Shown here: piece after piece, positions 20,638-30,257 of the stretch | How positions within the stretch are numbered: the first letter of the stretch is position 1 | How the letters are laid out: each line of letters starts with the position of its first letter | Assembly: GCA_963741095.1 (NCBI GenBank) | Contig: CAVUGN010000005.1 | Location: forward strand, 142,711-206,710 | Source: an uncultured Candidatus Micrarchaeota archaeon | Lineage (GTDB): Archaea; Micrarchaeota; Micrarchaeia; Micrarchaeales; Micrarchaeaceae | Length of the DNA: 64,000 bases | Direction: 5' to 3' | Translations under genes and position numbers: made by a program | Notes under the pieces: generated by a model | The model's input: only the letters and a program-made list of their open reading frames with translations | Database searches by the model: none | What the model was told of the DNA's origin: nothing

Positions 20638-20804
20638 TGCAATCCCACATTATGTTATTTGAGAAGCTTTAATAAGTTTATGTTTATTAGTAGTAATAAT
20701 TGGCTTCACGCCGTGTGCAATTTGTAGAATCTGGTTTCATGACGCAAACGAATGTTTTCCGAACAACTGGCGGCAAATGCCGCACGGAAAAAATCGTAAG
20801 CGGA

Positions 20805-21350
20805 ATGAGAGCGCAGAGCGCGATGGAGTACCTGATGACCTACGGCTGGGCTGTGCTCATCATCGGGGTCATTCTTGGCGCGATGTTCAATCTCGGAGTC
20901 TTCAGTTCTTCCAGCCTGGCGGGAACGTCCTGCCTGGGCGCGACGGGCTTCACCTGCCAGAACCCTTCGATGATACCCACGGGGGTGATAACCTTCCTTT
21001 TCGGCCAGGCGACGGGCAAGCCGATGTACAACGTCCAGTTCGAGTGCGTGGCCTCAACAGGAGCGAACAACCTGCCCAACCCAAGCAACGCTTTCAACAG
21101 CATGGCAAGCACGGGAGCGATGCTGCCCTATTCGGACAGCGGAAACACGCTCAGCAACGGGCAGTCGATAACCGTGTCCGCGCTGCAGTGCTACGATACG
21201 AACGGGAACCTGATAACCAGCCTTGCAGTCGGAGCTGCCTACAGCGGCTATGTCTACATAAATTACACCACCCTGAACGTGGCTCACAGCGGGCTCACCA
21301 ACCCATGGTTCACCACGAAGGCATTGGTCATAAGGACAAAGGTAGTGTGA
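20805..21350 (+). CDS. class III signal peptide protein (type IV pilin-like)
   Basis: RA|QSAMEYLMTYGWAVLII motif. Start uncertain (20700, 20739 or 20805). Confidence 0.85.
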   Translation: MRAQSAMEYLMTYGWAVLIIGVILGAMFNLGVFSSSSLAGTSCLGATGFTCQNPSMIPTGVITFLFGQATGKPMYNVQFECVASTGANNLPNPSNAFNSMASTGAMLPYSDSGNTLSNGQSITVSALQCYDTNGNLITSLAVGAAYSGYVYINYTTLNVAHSGLTNPWFTTKALVIRTKVV

Positions 21351-21397
21351 ATCCTCGCGGCTGCTTTGCTTTGTAACGCCTGCCCCGTTGTGGGCAG

Positions 21398-22669
21398 TCA
21401 GAAATTGCTGCTCTTGCTTGAGTGCCTGAAGCCGCCGCGGACCGTCCGGTCGCGGTTCTCCCTGCCCTCCCAGCTCCGTGTGCGCCTGCCTATGTGGTCG
21501 TTCCTGTTGAACTGGCGCCTTGAGCCGTGCATCGGCAGTTCGAAGTCGCTGTACTTTTCAGGGTTGAGGTGCAATTCCTTCATCTGTATGTTGGCATCGT
21601 TCTGTATAGCCCTCAGCAGGCCCCTTTCGTCGAATCCGAGTATGGTGAAGGCCCTTCCCTCCTTGCCCATACGCGCGGACCTTCCGACTCTGTGGACGTA
21701 ATCCTCGGACGCGTCCGGCGCGTCGAAGTTTATTATGTCGGTGATGTCGTCTATGTCAAGACCCCTGGCCGCGATGTTCGTCGCGATGAGGAATCTTGAT
21801 CCCTCACGGAAGCTGCGCAGCGAGTATTCCCGCCTCGCCTGGGTCAGTCCGCCATGAAGCAGTGTAGCGTCAATCCCCTTCTTCAAAAGAAGTTCGTGTA
21901 TCATCTCTGATTCATGCTTGGTCCTTGAGAAGATTATGCACTTCTTCGGCTGCATCTGGTCTATGTAAGCGAACAGCGTCGCGAACTTCATCTTGCCTTT
22001 CGCGAATGCAAAGGTGTGCGATATCGTGTTCACAACAGGCTCCTCGTCCTTTCCGACAAGTATGGTCGCAAAGTCTTCGCGCATGTGGTGCCTCGCTATC
22101 TCCACTATCGCCCTCGGCATGGTGGCCGAGAACATCATCATCTGCTTGTGCATCGGCGTCTTCGAGAGGATGTAATCGACATCATCAATGAATCCCATGT
22201 CAAGCATTCGATCCGCTTCGTCCAGGACGACGAACTTCACCTGATCAAGCCTTAGCGCCCCCCTTTCTATTAAGTCTATCAGCCTGCCGGGAGTGCCAAC
22301 GACTATGTTGACGCCCCTCTGCAGCATGCTGATCTGCACGTTTATCGAGGCTCCCCCGTAGACGGTCGTGGTGCGCATGCGCAGGTTCCTCCCCAAACTC
22401 TCGGAGAAGGTCGCGACCTGCAGTGCCAGCTCCCTGGTCGGTACTATGACAAGCGCGCTCACCGCGTTGGTGCGCGGCATGTTCTGCATTATCGGCACTA
22501 TGAAGGCCGCGGTCTTGCCCGTCCCTGTCTTCGCCCTGACTATCGCGTCCTTTCCTGACATCACTATCGGTATGGCGCGCTCCTGCACCTCCGTAGCGGT
22601 AGTGAATCCTATGCTTTCTATCGCATTTATCAGTTCTGGCTTCAGCTGCATTTCTCTAAATTGTTTCAA
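21398..22669 (-). CDS. DEAD-box RNA helicase
   Basis: Q motif, AKTGTGKT, PTRELA, TPGR, DEAD, SAT, HRVGRSAR. Confidence 0.97.
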   Translation of the reverse strand: MKQFREMQLKPELINAIESIGFTTATEVQERAIPIVMSGKDAIVRAKTGTGKTAAFIVPIMQNMPRTNAVSALVIVPTRELALQVATFSESLGRNLRMRTTTVYGGASINVQISMLQRGVNIVVGTPGRLIDLIERGALRLDQVKFVVLDEADRMLDMGFIDDVDYILSKTPMHKQMMMFSATMPRAIVEIARHHMREDFATILVGKDEEPVVNTISHTFAFAKGKMKFATLFAYIDQMQPKKCIIFSRTKHESEMIHELLLKKGIDATLLHGGLTQARREYSLRSFREGSRFLIATNIAARGLDIDDITDIINFDAPDASEDYVHRVGRSARMGKEGRAFTILGFDERGLLRAIQNDANIQMKELHLNPEKYSDFELPMHGSRRQFNRNDHIGRRTRSWEGRENRDRTVRGGFRHSSKSSNF

Positions 22670-22695
22670 GCTAACACTGTTGTCGTATTTACTAA

Positions 22696-22741
22696 CAAGA
22701 GAAAAAGATGACTTTTTCCCAAGAGAAAAAGAAACTTTTCC
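22696..22741 (-). promoter_or_regulatory. two tandem AU-rich hairpins (direct repeat) in the helicase 5' leader
   Basis: On - strand: GGAAAAG-TTT-CTTTTTC-TCTTG then GAAAAAG-TCAT-CTTTTTC-TCTTG. Confidence 0.5.
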
Positions 22742-22829
22742 TATGCTTGCCGTAGTATAATTGTGAAGGGTTAGATATATAGATGTTTTGAATGGAACGC
22801 CATGTTTTCATTGTTTCGGCGCTTCCGTC

Positions 22830-23369
22830 TCACTTTGTTTTCATCGCAGCGTCAAGCAGCACCCTTATCTCGTTCGAGGAGGGCAAAGCCCACATCCGCG
22901 CGGTCCTGCCTTCATTATCTTTTATGCCTGCATCCGCTTTGGCGTCCAATAGCGACTCAAGAATCTCCTTGTAGCCATAATAAGCAGCGAACATCAGCGC
23001 CGTCAACCCATTAGGGTCTTGTACATCCGGATCGGCGCCAAAGTGCAGCAGCATCTCGACGACTTTATCGCGGCCCTTCCGTGATGCCCGCGTCAGCACG
23101 GTGTGGCCATTGAGAGTCGTGTTCGCGTCGGCGCCGCTTTCCAGCAGCAGCTTGATCTTATCCAGATCGGGCTCCTTTTCGCCAAGTTCATTTATAATCG
23201 CATATCCGAACCTTTTCGCGTCCTCTTTATCCACGGCGAATTTCCTCAGCGCATTCTTCAGCCCGGCAATCTGTTTGTCGGCCATGCTGCCCGCACGATC
23301 GACGAACGCCTTTAGAGCCTCTACTCGGTCTGAGGTCATCCTTCCGCTTTGGTTCGTGTTGCGTTCCAT
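22830..23369 (-). CDS. ankyrin repeat protein
   Basis: LLESGADAN, GLTALMFAA..G...ILESLL repeats. Probable start MERNT at 23369. Confidence 0.9.
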   Translation of the reverse strand: MERNTNQSGRMTSDRVEALKAFVDRAGSMADKQIAGLKNALRKFAVDKEDAKRFGYAIINELGEKEPDLDKIKLLLESGADANTTLNGHTVLTRASRKGRDKVVEMLLHFGADPDVQDPNGLTALMFAAYYGYKEILESLLDAKADAGIKDNEGRTARMWALPSSNEIRVLLDAAMKTK

Positions 23370-23391
23370 CTCACTTACCATTCATCACATT

Positions 23392-24219
23392 CTAGAGCAG
23401 ATTAACAGCATTACCGGTCGCGCGATCCTTTGGAGTCTTGCCGGCAGAATCCCTGATGCTCGCGTCTGCGCCGCCAGCCAGCAGCGCCCTCACGGCTTCG
23501 TCGTTTCCGTTTATTGCAGCGTACATCAGCGCGGTCTCGCCCGCGCTGTTTCTCAGGTCGACTTTGGCCCCGCTACCCAACAGTGCCTTGATGACTTTGC
23601 CGTTACCACCATCTGCCGCAGCCCACATCAGCGCCGTTTCCCCGAAGTAACTTTTCGAATCCACTTTTGCTCCGCCGCTTAGCAGGATCTTAACCGTCTC
23701 GCAGTACCCATATTTCGAAGCACCCATCAGCGCGGTCCTGCCGCCATTATCTGCCCAGTTTACATCAGCGTTATTATCCAACAGCATTTTGACGACCTCG
23801 TCATAGCCATTCCTTGATGCTTCCGTCAGCGCCGTCAAGCCCGCGTTGCTGCTCAAATTTGCGTCGGCGCCCTCATCCAATAGCAATTTGATCATGTCGG
23901 TGCCGCCGAAAGAAGAGGCGATGATCAATGGGGTCCACCCATTTGCGCCCAGTGTATTCACGTCCGCGCCTTTGGCTATCAGCTCTTTGATCTTATTCGC
24001 GTCCGCATTCTTCCTCTTGCTCAGTTCCTGAATGATTTCGTTGTCAAGCCGCTTCGCCGCCTCCTCGTTGACCATTAATTTCCTTGGGTTGTCTTTCAAC
24101 TTCATGACCTGATTGTTTATCTCGCCGCCTGACGATCCGTCAACCTTCCTGACGAATGCGCTTAGGGCGTCGACCCGGTCGGTGGTCATTTTTCCATTGC
24201 TGTTCGTGCTGCGTTCCAT
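23392..24219 (-). CDS. ankyrin repeat protein (about 5-6 repeats)
   Basis: Repeated G.TALM.A...G....VK.LL..GA.V. Confidence 0.95.
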   Translation of the reverse strand: MERSTNSNGKMTTDRVDALSAFVRKVDGSSGGEINNQVMKLKDNPRKLMVNEEAAKRLDNEIIQELSKRKNADANKIKELIAKGADVNTLGANGWTPLIIASSFGGTDMIKLLLDEGADANLSSNAGLTALTEASRNGYDEVVKMLLDNNADVNWADNGGRTALMGASKYGYCETVKILLSGGAKVDSKSYFGETALMWAAADGGNGKVIKALLGSGAKVDLRNSAGETALMYAAINGNDEAVRALLAGGADASIRDSAGKTPKDRATGNAVNLL

Positions 24220-24220
24220 T

Positions 24221-24850
24221 TTATTTCGCCCTCGAAGCGTGTTCGAGCAGCCTCTTTACGGCAGAATGCGCGCGGTCGGCTGCCGTCTTTCCCATAACGT
24301 CTTTTATGCTCACGTCTGCGCCATTGTTCAGCAGCGTCTTGATGATTTTTTCATTGCCGTATTCTGAAGCAAACATCAGCGCTGTTCTTCCATCGTTGGT
24401 CTTTGAATCTACAACGGCGCCGTTTCTTAATAGCAGCGTAACGATTTCCCCTTTATTGTGGAATGAAGCCAGCATAAGCGCCGTCCAATTTAGACTATCT
24501 ATTGCATTCACGTCGGCACCGACGCTTAGCAGCGTCTTAACAAGATCGGTGTAACCGTTCTCTGAAGCGCGCATGAGTACGGTGCCCTGCTCGTCTCTCG
24601 TGTTCGGATCTGCACCACGTTTTATCAACTCCTTTATTTTATTGAGGTCGGGCCAATTGCTATTCGTCACTTCCTTGATGAGTTCAACGCCCAGAGTGTG
24701 CGCCTCGTCTTCGTCAACGCCGCTTCGGGTATTATTCTTCAACCCTTGGATTTCCTTGCTGACGGCGCTTTCCGACTGCCTGACGAAATTCCTGATCGCG
24801 TCCGCTCGGTCCTGAGTCATTTTCCCGTTCTGGCTTGCGTTGTGCTCCAT
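24221..24850 (-). CDS. ankyrin repeat protein
   Basis: TVLMRASENG, WTALMLAS, GRTALMFASEYG repeats. Confidence 0.95.
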   Translation of the reverse strand: MEHNASQNGKMTQDRADAIRNFVRQSESAVSKEIQGLKNNTRSGVDEDEAHTLGVELIKEVTNSNWPDLNKIKELIKRGADPNTRDEQGTVLMRASENGYTDLVKTLLSVGADVNAIDSLNWTALMLASFHNKGEIVTLLLRNGAVVDSKTNDGRTALMFASEYGNEKIIKTLLNNGADVSIKDVMGKTAADRAHSAVKRLLEHASRAK

Positions 24851-24851
24851 C

Positions 24852-24920
24852 TCACTTGCCCCTTGCTGCCTCTTCGAACAGGTTCTTTATCTCGTTGCCT
24901 TTGTTGACACTGCCGTCCAT
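24852..24920 (-). CDS. putative 22-aa peptide MDGSVNKGNEIKNLFEEAARGK
   Basis: ATG at 24920; stop 1 nt before the ankyrin ATG. Below the ORF-track cutoff. Confidence 0.35.
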   Translation of the reverse strand: MDGSVNKGNEIKNLFEEAARGK

Positions 24921-25046
24921 CAAGAATCCTTGATATAAAAGCGCCTCAGGAGATACTTATACCCTGTTTTTGGGTTCGGCGATTGACGTTTTGCCGATAA
25001 TCTGGGCCAGGATAAGCAGAATCGCGCCGGTAGGAATATCGTTGCG

Positions 25047-26621
25047 TCAAGCCGAGGTGATGTTCGCCTGCGCTATGCCCTCGCTGGTCACGACAACCAC
25101 ACGATAGTTTCCGCCACTTGGCAGCGTGAGGAGCAACCCGCCGCCCATCATCCTCAATGTCCCGTTGTACGAGAGTGTGACGGAGGACTTCGGCATCAAC
25201 AGATAGCCGGGCCTTTGCGTTGGCGTCATCATCGATTGTGGTGAGGGCATGAATAACGTTCCGTTCCCGCCCACAAGGAAATCGATGCCAGGCCAGCGTG
25301 TTATGTCCATGCTTTTGTTGATCACGAACATGCGCGCGTATGGCGCACCTATGTCACGTATCAGTATGTTGCCAGAGTGCCCGGGCATCCTTATCAGAAC
25401 CGCATTAACCCCGAGGAAGGCGCCAGCTTCGCGGACTGCGGATTCGTTTATCGATACGTCAGAATCGTTGCGGTCGAACGGCCTTGGTCCCATGCGTCCG
25501 CCGGAACCCATCATGCCAGGGTTTGCGGGCGCATTGCCTTGCCATTGCTCGTTCCGGATGTCCGATGCGTTGACTATTGCGGTGCCGTTGACGATCACCG
25601 CCTCAGGCATCTCGCTCGGAGTCTCGTTGCCGTAGATCATTACTGCCATGACGGTAATGTTGCCAGTGCCGTTGTTGAGCAGATCCAAGTTGAAGGTGGT
25701 GTAATTGCCGGATGAATGCAGAGTCGCACTTTCTATTGCGAGGCTGGCGTTGCCGCCCCTGAAAAGATCCTTGTACTGCTGCACTGAATAGCGTGCATGC
25801 CCCGAATTCTGAGTCGGCAGGGGGGAGTTCGCGTGCAGCCCGGGGTTCGACACCACGGCTGCCCTGAGCGAGGGGAATAGCGCGAACGAGGTCGAATTCT
25901 GCGAGTATGCAGGCACCACCACCGGAGAGAAATCAAGGAGTATGCTGGATGACTTGTTGATTATGTTGTTCTCCGCCTTTGCCACGACCTGTTTGGTCAT
26001 GACCTGGACCGGGTAGGTGGCGTTGTCTATGGTTATGCTTGATGAGGTTATGTTGAATCGGACCATGTCGACAGTGGAGTTGGGGGTTATCTTCACGTTG
26101 CCCAGCACCTGGCTGACGTTTATGAGGCTCATGAGATTCAGGCTTCCTGTCGCATTCACCGAGACCCATTCGGAGCTCCCGCCATAATTGAGGCGCACGC
26201 TCAGCGACGAATAGTTTATGTAAAGCGCCTGAGTGCCGGCCGGAACCTCTGGGGGATCCGTTAGGCTCACGGGTATGTAAACGGACTTGGAAGAATTGTT
26301 CTGCAGGTAAAGGAACGAGGCGCCAACAACGAGCGCGAGGATGACCACGAACGCGCCGGCCTTGAACAGGTTTCCGCTTGTTGCGAACCCTTCGTCCTTG
26401 CTCTTGCGCGGAGCGTTCTCCGAGTTCAGCTTGTAGTATTTCCATTTCTTTACGTAGGGGTTGTCTTTCTGCACTATCGCCCCGGAGACCTCCAGGTCCT
26501 GCAGATGCTTGCTGACAGTCGATGGCGCAAGATCGAGGCGCTGGCTTATGGCGCTCAGGTTGTTGTCGCCCTCGGATATAAGCTTCAGTATCTTGTCTTT
26601 CGTGCTTCCCTGTTTGGCCAT
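25047..26621 (-). CDS. membrane-anchored ArsR-like wHTH regulator with extracellular DUF4382-like domain
   Basis: LSAISQRLDLAPSTVSKHLQDL HTH, one TM (FVVILALVVGASFLYL), then VSLTDPP and many N-x-S/T sequons. Confidence 0.8.
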   Translation of the reverse strand: MAKQGSTKDKILKLISEGDNNLSAISQRLDLAPSTVSKHLQDLEVSGAIVQKDNPYVKKWKYYKLNSENAPRKSKDEGFATSGNLFKAGAFVVILALVVGASFLYLQNNSSKSVYIPVSLTDPPEVPAGTQALYINYSSLSVRLNYGGSSEWVSVNATGSLNLMSLINVSQVLGNVKITPNSTVDMVRFNITSSSITIDNATYPVQVMTKQVVAKAENNIINKSSSILLDFSPVVVPAYSQNSTSFALFPSLRAAVVSNPGLHANSPLPTQNSGHARYSVQQYKDLFRGGNASLAIESATLHSSGNYTTFNLDLLNNGTGNITVMAVMIYGNETPSEMPEAVIVNGTAIVNASDIRNEQWQGNAPANPGMMGSGGRMGPRPFDRNDSDVSINESAVREAGAFLGVNAVLIRMPGHSGNILIRDIGAPYARMFVINKSMDITRWPGIDFLVGGNGTLFMPSPQSMMTPTQRPGYLLMPKSSVTLSYNGTLRMMGGGLLLTLPSGGNYRVVVVTSEGIAQANITSA

Positions 26622-26726
26622 AAGGAGATTTAGTGCCCACTAATATATATACCTTCATTAAACGTTTCGTTTTTATTTCGTTTTTTTTTTCAACAGGCAG
26701 AGGAATTTCTGTTCTTTTGGCCACGC

Positions 26727-26769
26727 TGCGCTTTTCGATGTTTCGCATTTCGCATCAAAAAGCGAAATG
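26727..26769. promoter_or_regulatory. overlapping inverted repeats upstream of TATA box (TTTATAGA at 26782)
   Basis: CGCTTTTCGATG-N12-CATCAAAAAGCG, and perfect CATTTCGC-N8-GCGAAATG (26746-26769). Confidence 0.55.
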
Positions 26770-26811
26770 TTAGAGATGGTATTTATAGATGTTCGCAGCC
26801 TAAAGATTGTT

Positions 26812-27528
26812 ATGCCGGGTTATTCGGTAGAGGCGCGCAAGGTCACGAAGGTCTACAGGTCCGGATCCATAGAGGTGGATGCGCTGACCGATGTCTCGTT
26901 CTCTTTGGAGCAGGGGGATTTTGCTGCGATAGTGGGCCCTTCTGGCAGCGGCAAGTCCACGCTGATGAACATACTCGGCACGATTGACAAGCCGACCAAG
27001 GGCGAAATCTACATCGACGGCGTGCCGACCTCGAAGATGGACGGCAACAAGCTTGCGGAGTTCAGGAACAGGAAACTGGGCTTCATATTCCAGGCATTCA
27101 ATCTGATCAACGGGCTTGATGCGGAGAAGAATGCAGAGCTGCCGCTGATGGTTGACCCGATGCCCCAGGGCGAACGCCAGAAGAAGGCGGATGCGCTGCT
27201 CACCAAACTCGGATTGGGCAACAGGCTGAAGCTGAACCCGACGCAGCTCAGCGGCGGAGAGCAGCAGAGAGTCGCGATCGCAAGGGCGTTGGTCAGGGAT
27301 CCCGTGCTGATACTCGCGGACGAGCCGACCGGAGACTTGGATTCGAAGACCAGCGAGGATGTGGTAGAATTGCTCGACAGCATAAGCAGGGGAGGCAAGG
27401 TGACTATAATAATGGTTACTCACAACCTTGACCTGACAAAGTACTGCAACCGCATAATCCACATAAAGGACGGGAGGATAGAGAAGGACGAGTACCTGAA
27501 GGAGAGGCATTCGAAGAAGAGGTTATGA
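26812..27528 (+). CDS. ABC transporter ATP-binding protein (LolD/MacB type)
   Basis: GPSGSGKST, LSGGEQQRVAIARA, LADEPTGDLD. Confidence 0.95.
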   Translation: MPGYSVEARKVTKVYRSGSIEVDALTDVSFSLEQGDFAAIVGPSGSGKSTLMNILGTIDKPTKGEIYIDGVPTSKMDGNKLAEFRNRKLGFIFQAFNLINGLDAEKNAELPLMVDPMPQGERQKKADALLTKLGLGNRLKLNPTQLSGGEQQRVAIARALVRDPVLILADEPTGDLDSKTSEDVVELLDSISRGGKVTIIMVTHNLDLTKYCNRIIHIKDGRIEKDEYLKERHSKKRL

Positions 27529-27548
27529 TTGTAATTTATCGACGGTAG

Positions 27549-28853
27549 ATGAAAATGAAAACAAAAACAATGAAGGCAGGGATAAGGATACTGGCTCTTT
27601 TTGCGATTCTCACCGCACTGGCAGGAACGATGGCGTTTGCGACCACGAGCGGCCCTACGCCGATCCCGCCCGCGCCCAACTTCCAGATAAACACGACGAT
27701 GAATATACTGTGCAAGGGCGTGACCAACAACATACCTGTGACAATAACTAATTACGGGAATTCTTACAACCCGGTGATGGAAAGCGTGCAGGTGAGCGTG
27801 AGCGGCACCGGACTTGAGGATGTGGGCCCGTCGATAGACATAGCCAACGTGGTCAACAGCGTGACGATAGACATCCCTGTTTTCGTATCACAGAGCACAC
27901 CTGCAACGCTCACGGTTGCGCAGGTTCCGATAAACTACAATTACCTGACCTATTATTCTGACAGCGAGACTAGGACATTGACATTTGAGGTGGAGAGCTG
28001 CCCGTCGCAGCTTGTCATGAACGTCTCCCCGACGGTCTTCGTGACCGGCCTTGTTAACAACGTGACGTTCAGCTTCACCAACACGGGCAACACGACGCTG
28101 CGGAACATATCGGCCACGATGCAGGCGATCTCGAAGGACGTTGCGCAGGAGGTGCAGTTCCTGGGGGCGCAGCCGATAAGGATAGTCTCGCTTGCGCCGG
28201 GAAGCACGGTCAGGGTGAACCAGACCCTTTACGAGAACGTGTCAAGGACGTTCACGATAAACATGACCGCGGATCTGTTCAACGGCAGCAAACCGGAGGA
28301 GATCCTTAACAGCTTCACAGTGTTCTCGGAGGGCACGATCGACATGGTGCCATCAAGCATAACGGTCTCTCCGGCAAACGTGACTCCAGGCAGCATATTC
28401 TCCACCTCTTTCGTCGTCACCGATACCGGTACGGTCGGTGCATCGGGCGCGACGGCCACGGCAATAGTGCCGAAGGGCTTCAAGGCTTATGGTTCAAGTT
28501 CCGAGTATCTGGGCGACATACAGACCGACACACAGACGCCGATAAGCATGACGCTGATCGCAAACGCATCAGTGAAGAGCGGTACATACATCGTGCCGAT
28601 AGTGATGACCTACCAGAACAACCTGAAGGACAATCTCAACACCACGATAGACGTGCCAGTGGCTGTTGTGGGCGGCGGCGTGGTCACCACGACCGGAGGC
28701 CGCACATTCACGTCCAATTCCCCGAATGGCGGAGCGTACGTTAGAAGGAGCGGCGGAATCGGGTTGCTGATCGATGCCGTGCTCCTGATCGCGGTTGCGG
28801 CCCTGGCTTACATGTACCTCAAGGAGAGGAAGAAGACGCACGGCAAAAAGTGA
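27549..28853 (+). CDS. S-layer-domain (COG1361-like) membrane-anchored protein
   Basis: Signal peptide, three beta-sandwich repeats (TNTGN-type), C-terminal TM and basic tail; lies between ATPase and permease. Confidence 0.75.
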   Translation: MKMKTKTMKAGIRILALFAILTALAGTMAFATTSGPTPIPPAPNFQINTTMNILCKGVTNNIPVTITNYGNSYNPVMESVQVSVSGTGLEDVGPSIDIANVVNSVTIDIPVFVSQSTPATLTVAQVPINYNYLTYYSDSETRTLTFEVESCPSQLVMNVSPTVFVTGLVNNVTFSFTNTGNTTLRNISATMQAISKDVAQEVQFLGAQPIRIVSLAPGSTVRVNQTLYENVSRTFTINMTADLFNGSKPEEILNSFTVFSEGTIDMVPSSITVSPANVTPGSIFSTSFVVTDTGTVGASGATATAIVPKGFKAYGSSSEYLGDIQTDTQTPISMTLIANASVKSGTYIVPIVMTYQNNLKDNLNTTIDVPVAVVGGGVVTTTGGRTFTSNSPNGGAYVRRSGGIGLLIDAVLLIAVAALAYMYLKERKKTHGKK

Positions 28854-28860
28854 GCAGGCA

Positions 28861-30204
28861 ATGGATATAAAGGACATTTTCTGGATGAGCTCGAAGCAGC
28901 TGAATGAGAAGAGGGTGAGGACTGCGCTCACCATCCTCATGGTAGTCATAGGCGTGGCCTCGATAGTGGCGCTCACCTCCCTGACTGCAGGAGTGGGCCA
29001 GAGCATACAATCGACCCTGTCGTCATTGGGACCCACATCGATAATAGTAACGGCAACCAGCGGCACCGCTTTCACAACCGCGGACGTGTCCAATCTGGAG
29101 ACGCTGCCGAACGTGAGCAGCGTGACGCCGATAGTAACCGGATCGGCACAATTGCTGCTGAACGGCAACACATCATCAGTAGAGATAATAGGCATATCGA
29201 CAACCGGACTTGGAACTCTTCTCGGGGGCAACGTCAGCCTTTACCAGGGATCGATTTACCAGGACAACGTTGCGCCATTGGCGATCATAGGCCATGGAAT
29301 TGCATTCTCGTCATCGACGGACACTAACCTGCAGACCGCGGAGGTGGGCCAGACAGGCACGGTAGAGATAAGCAGCGCCAGCAGGGGCGGAGTGACATCG
29401 AAGGTTGTAGTGCCGGTGGTGGGCATCCTGAACTCTTACACGTCCGTGCTGCCGATAGACAGCAGCGTCATAGTATCCATGCCCTTCGCCGAGGTTTTGC
29501 TTAATCGATTATCATTCAACGAGATACTGATAAAGGCGAAGAACACGAGCAGCGTTACGAGCCTTGCATCGCTCGTCACGACGATATACGGGAGCAAGGC
29601 CAGAGTCACCGACACGGAGTCGCTGGCGAGCACCGCGGCGTCAATAATCGGCGCGATAAGCCTGCTCTTCACGGCGATAGCGGGAGTGTCGCTGCTCGTG
29701 GCTGCCGTAGGAATCATGAACGTTATGCTCATGGCCGTCACCGAACGCGTGCATGAGATAGGCATATTCAAGGCTGTCGGATTCAAGAACAGGATGGTGC
29801 TGATGATATTCCTCTTCCAGGCCCTGATCATCGGATTCATCGGAGGCGTCATAGGCCTGGGCGTCGGAGCAGGAGCGGCCTACTCGCTATCGTCGGTGCT
29901 CAGTTCAAAATCTGCAACAAGCACAGCAGGCACGACCACGGGAGCACCCACAACGACTGCATCAAGCTCGTCAGGATTCAGCAGGACAGGAGGAGGCAGT
30001 GCGACCTTCACCGCAGGCGCGGGAGGCACACGACCCCCAACGACAGGTGCGGCCGCTTCGGGATTGTCGATACACCCGGTGTTCACGCTCGGCGTGATAT
30101 CAGAGGCGATCATAATAGCGATGGTGGTGAGCGTGCTCGCCGGTGTCTACCCGGCGTGGAAGGCTTCGAAGATGGAGCCCATAGACGCGCTGAGGCAGCT
30201 TTAG
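28861..30204 (+). CDS. ABC permease, MacB/FtsX family
   Basis: RTALTILMVVIGVASIV, GIMNVMLMAVTERVHEIGIFKAVG, YPAWKASKMEPIDALR. Confidence 0.95.
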   Translation: MDIKDIFWMSSKQLNEKRVRTALTILMVVIGVASIVALTSLTAGVGQSIQSTLSSLGPTSIIVTATSGTAFTTADVSNLETLPNVSSVTPIVTGSAQLLLNGNTSSVEIIGISTTGLGTLLGGNVSLYQGSIYQDNVAPLAIIGHGIAFSSSTDTNLQTAEVGQTGTVEISSASRGGVTSKVVVPVVGILNSYTSVLPIDSSVIVSMPFAEVLLNRLSFNEILIKAKNTSSVTSLASLVTTIYGSKARVTDTESLASTAASIIGAISLLFTAIAGVSLLVAAVGIMNVMLMAVTERVHEIGIFKAVGFKNRMVLMIFLFQALIIGFIGGVIGLGVGAGAAYSLSSVLSSKSATSTAGTTTGAPTTTASSSSGFSRTGGGSATFTAGAGGTRPPTTGAAASGLSIHPVFTLGVISEAIIIAMVVSVLAGVYPAWKASKMEPIDALRQL

Positions 30205-30257
30205 CTCGGTGCGTGATATTAAGGCCGCGATTGCCGCAAAATGAGTGCTGCTATTGC

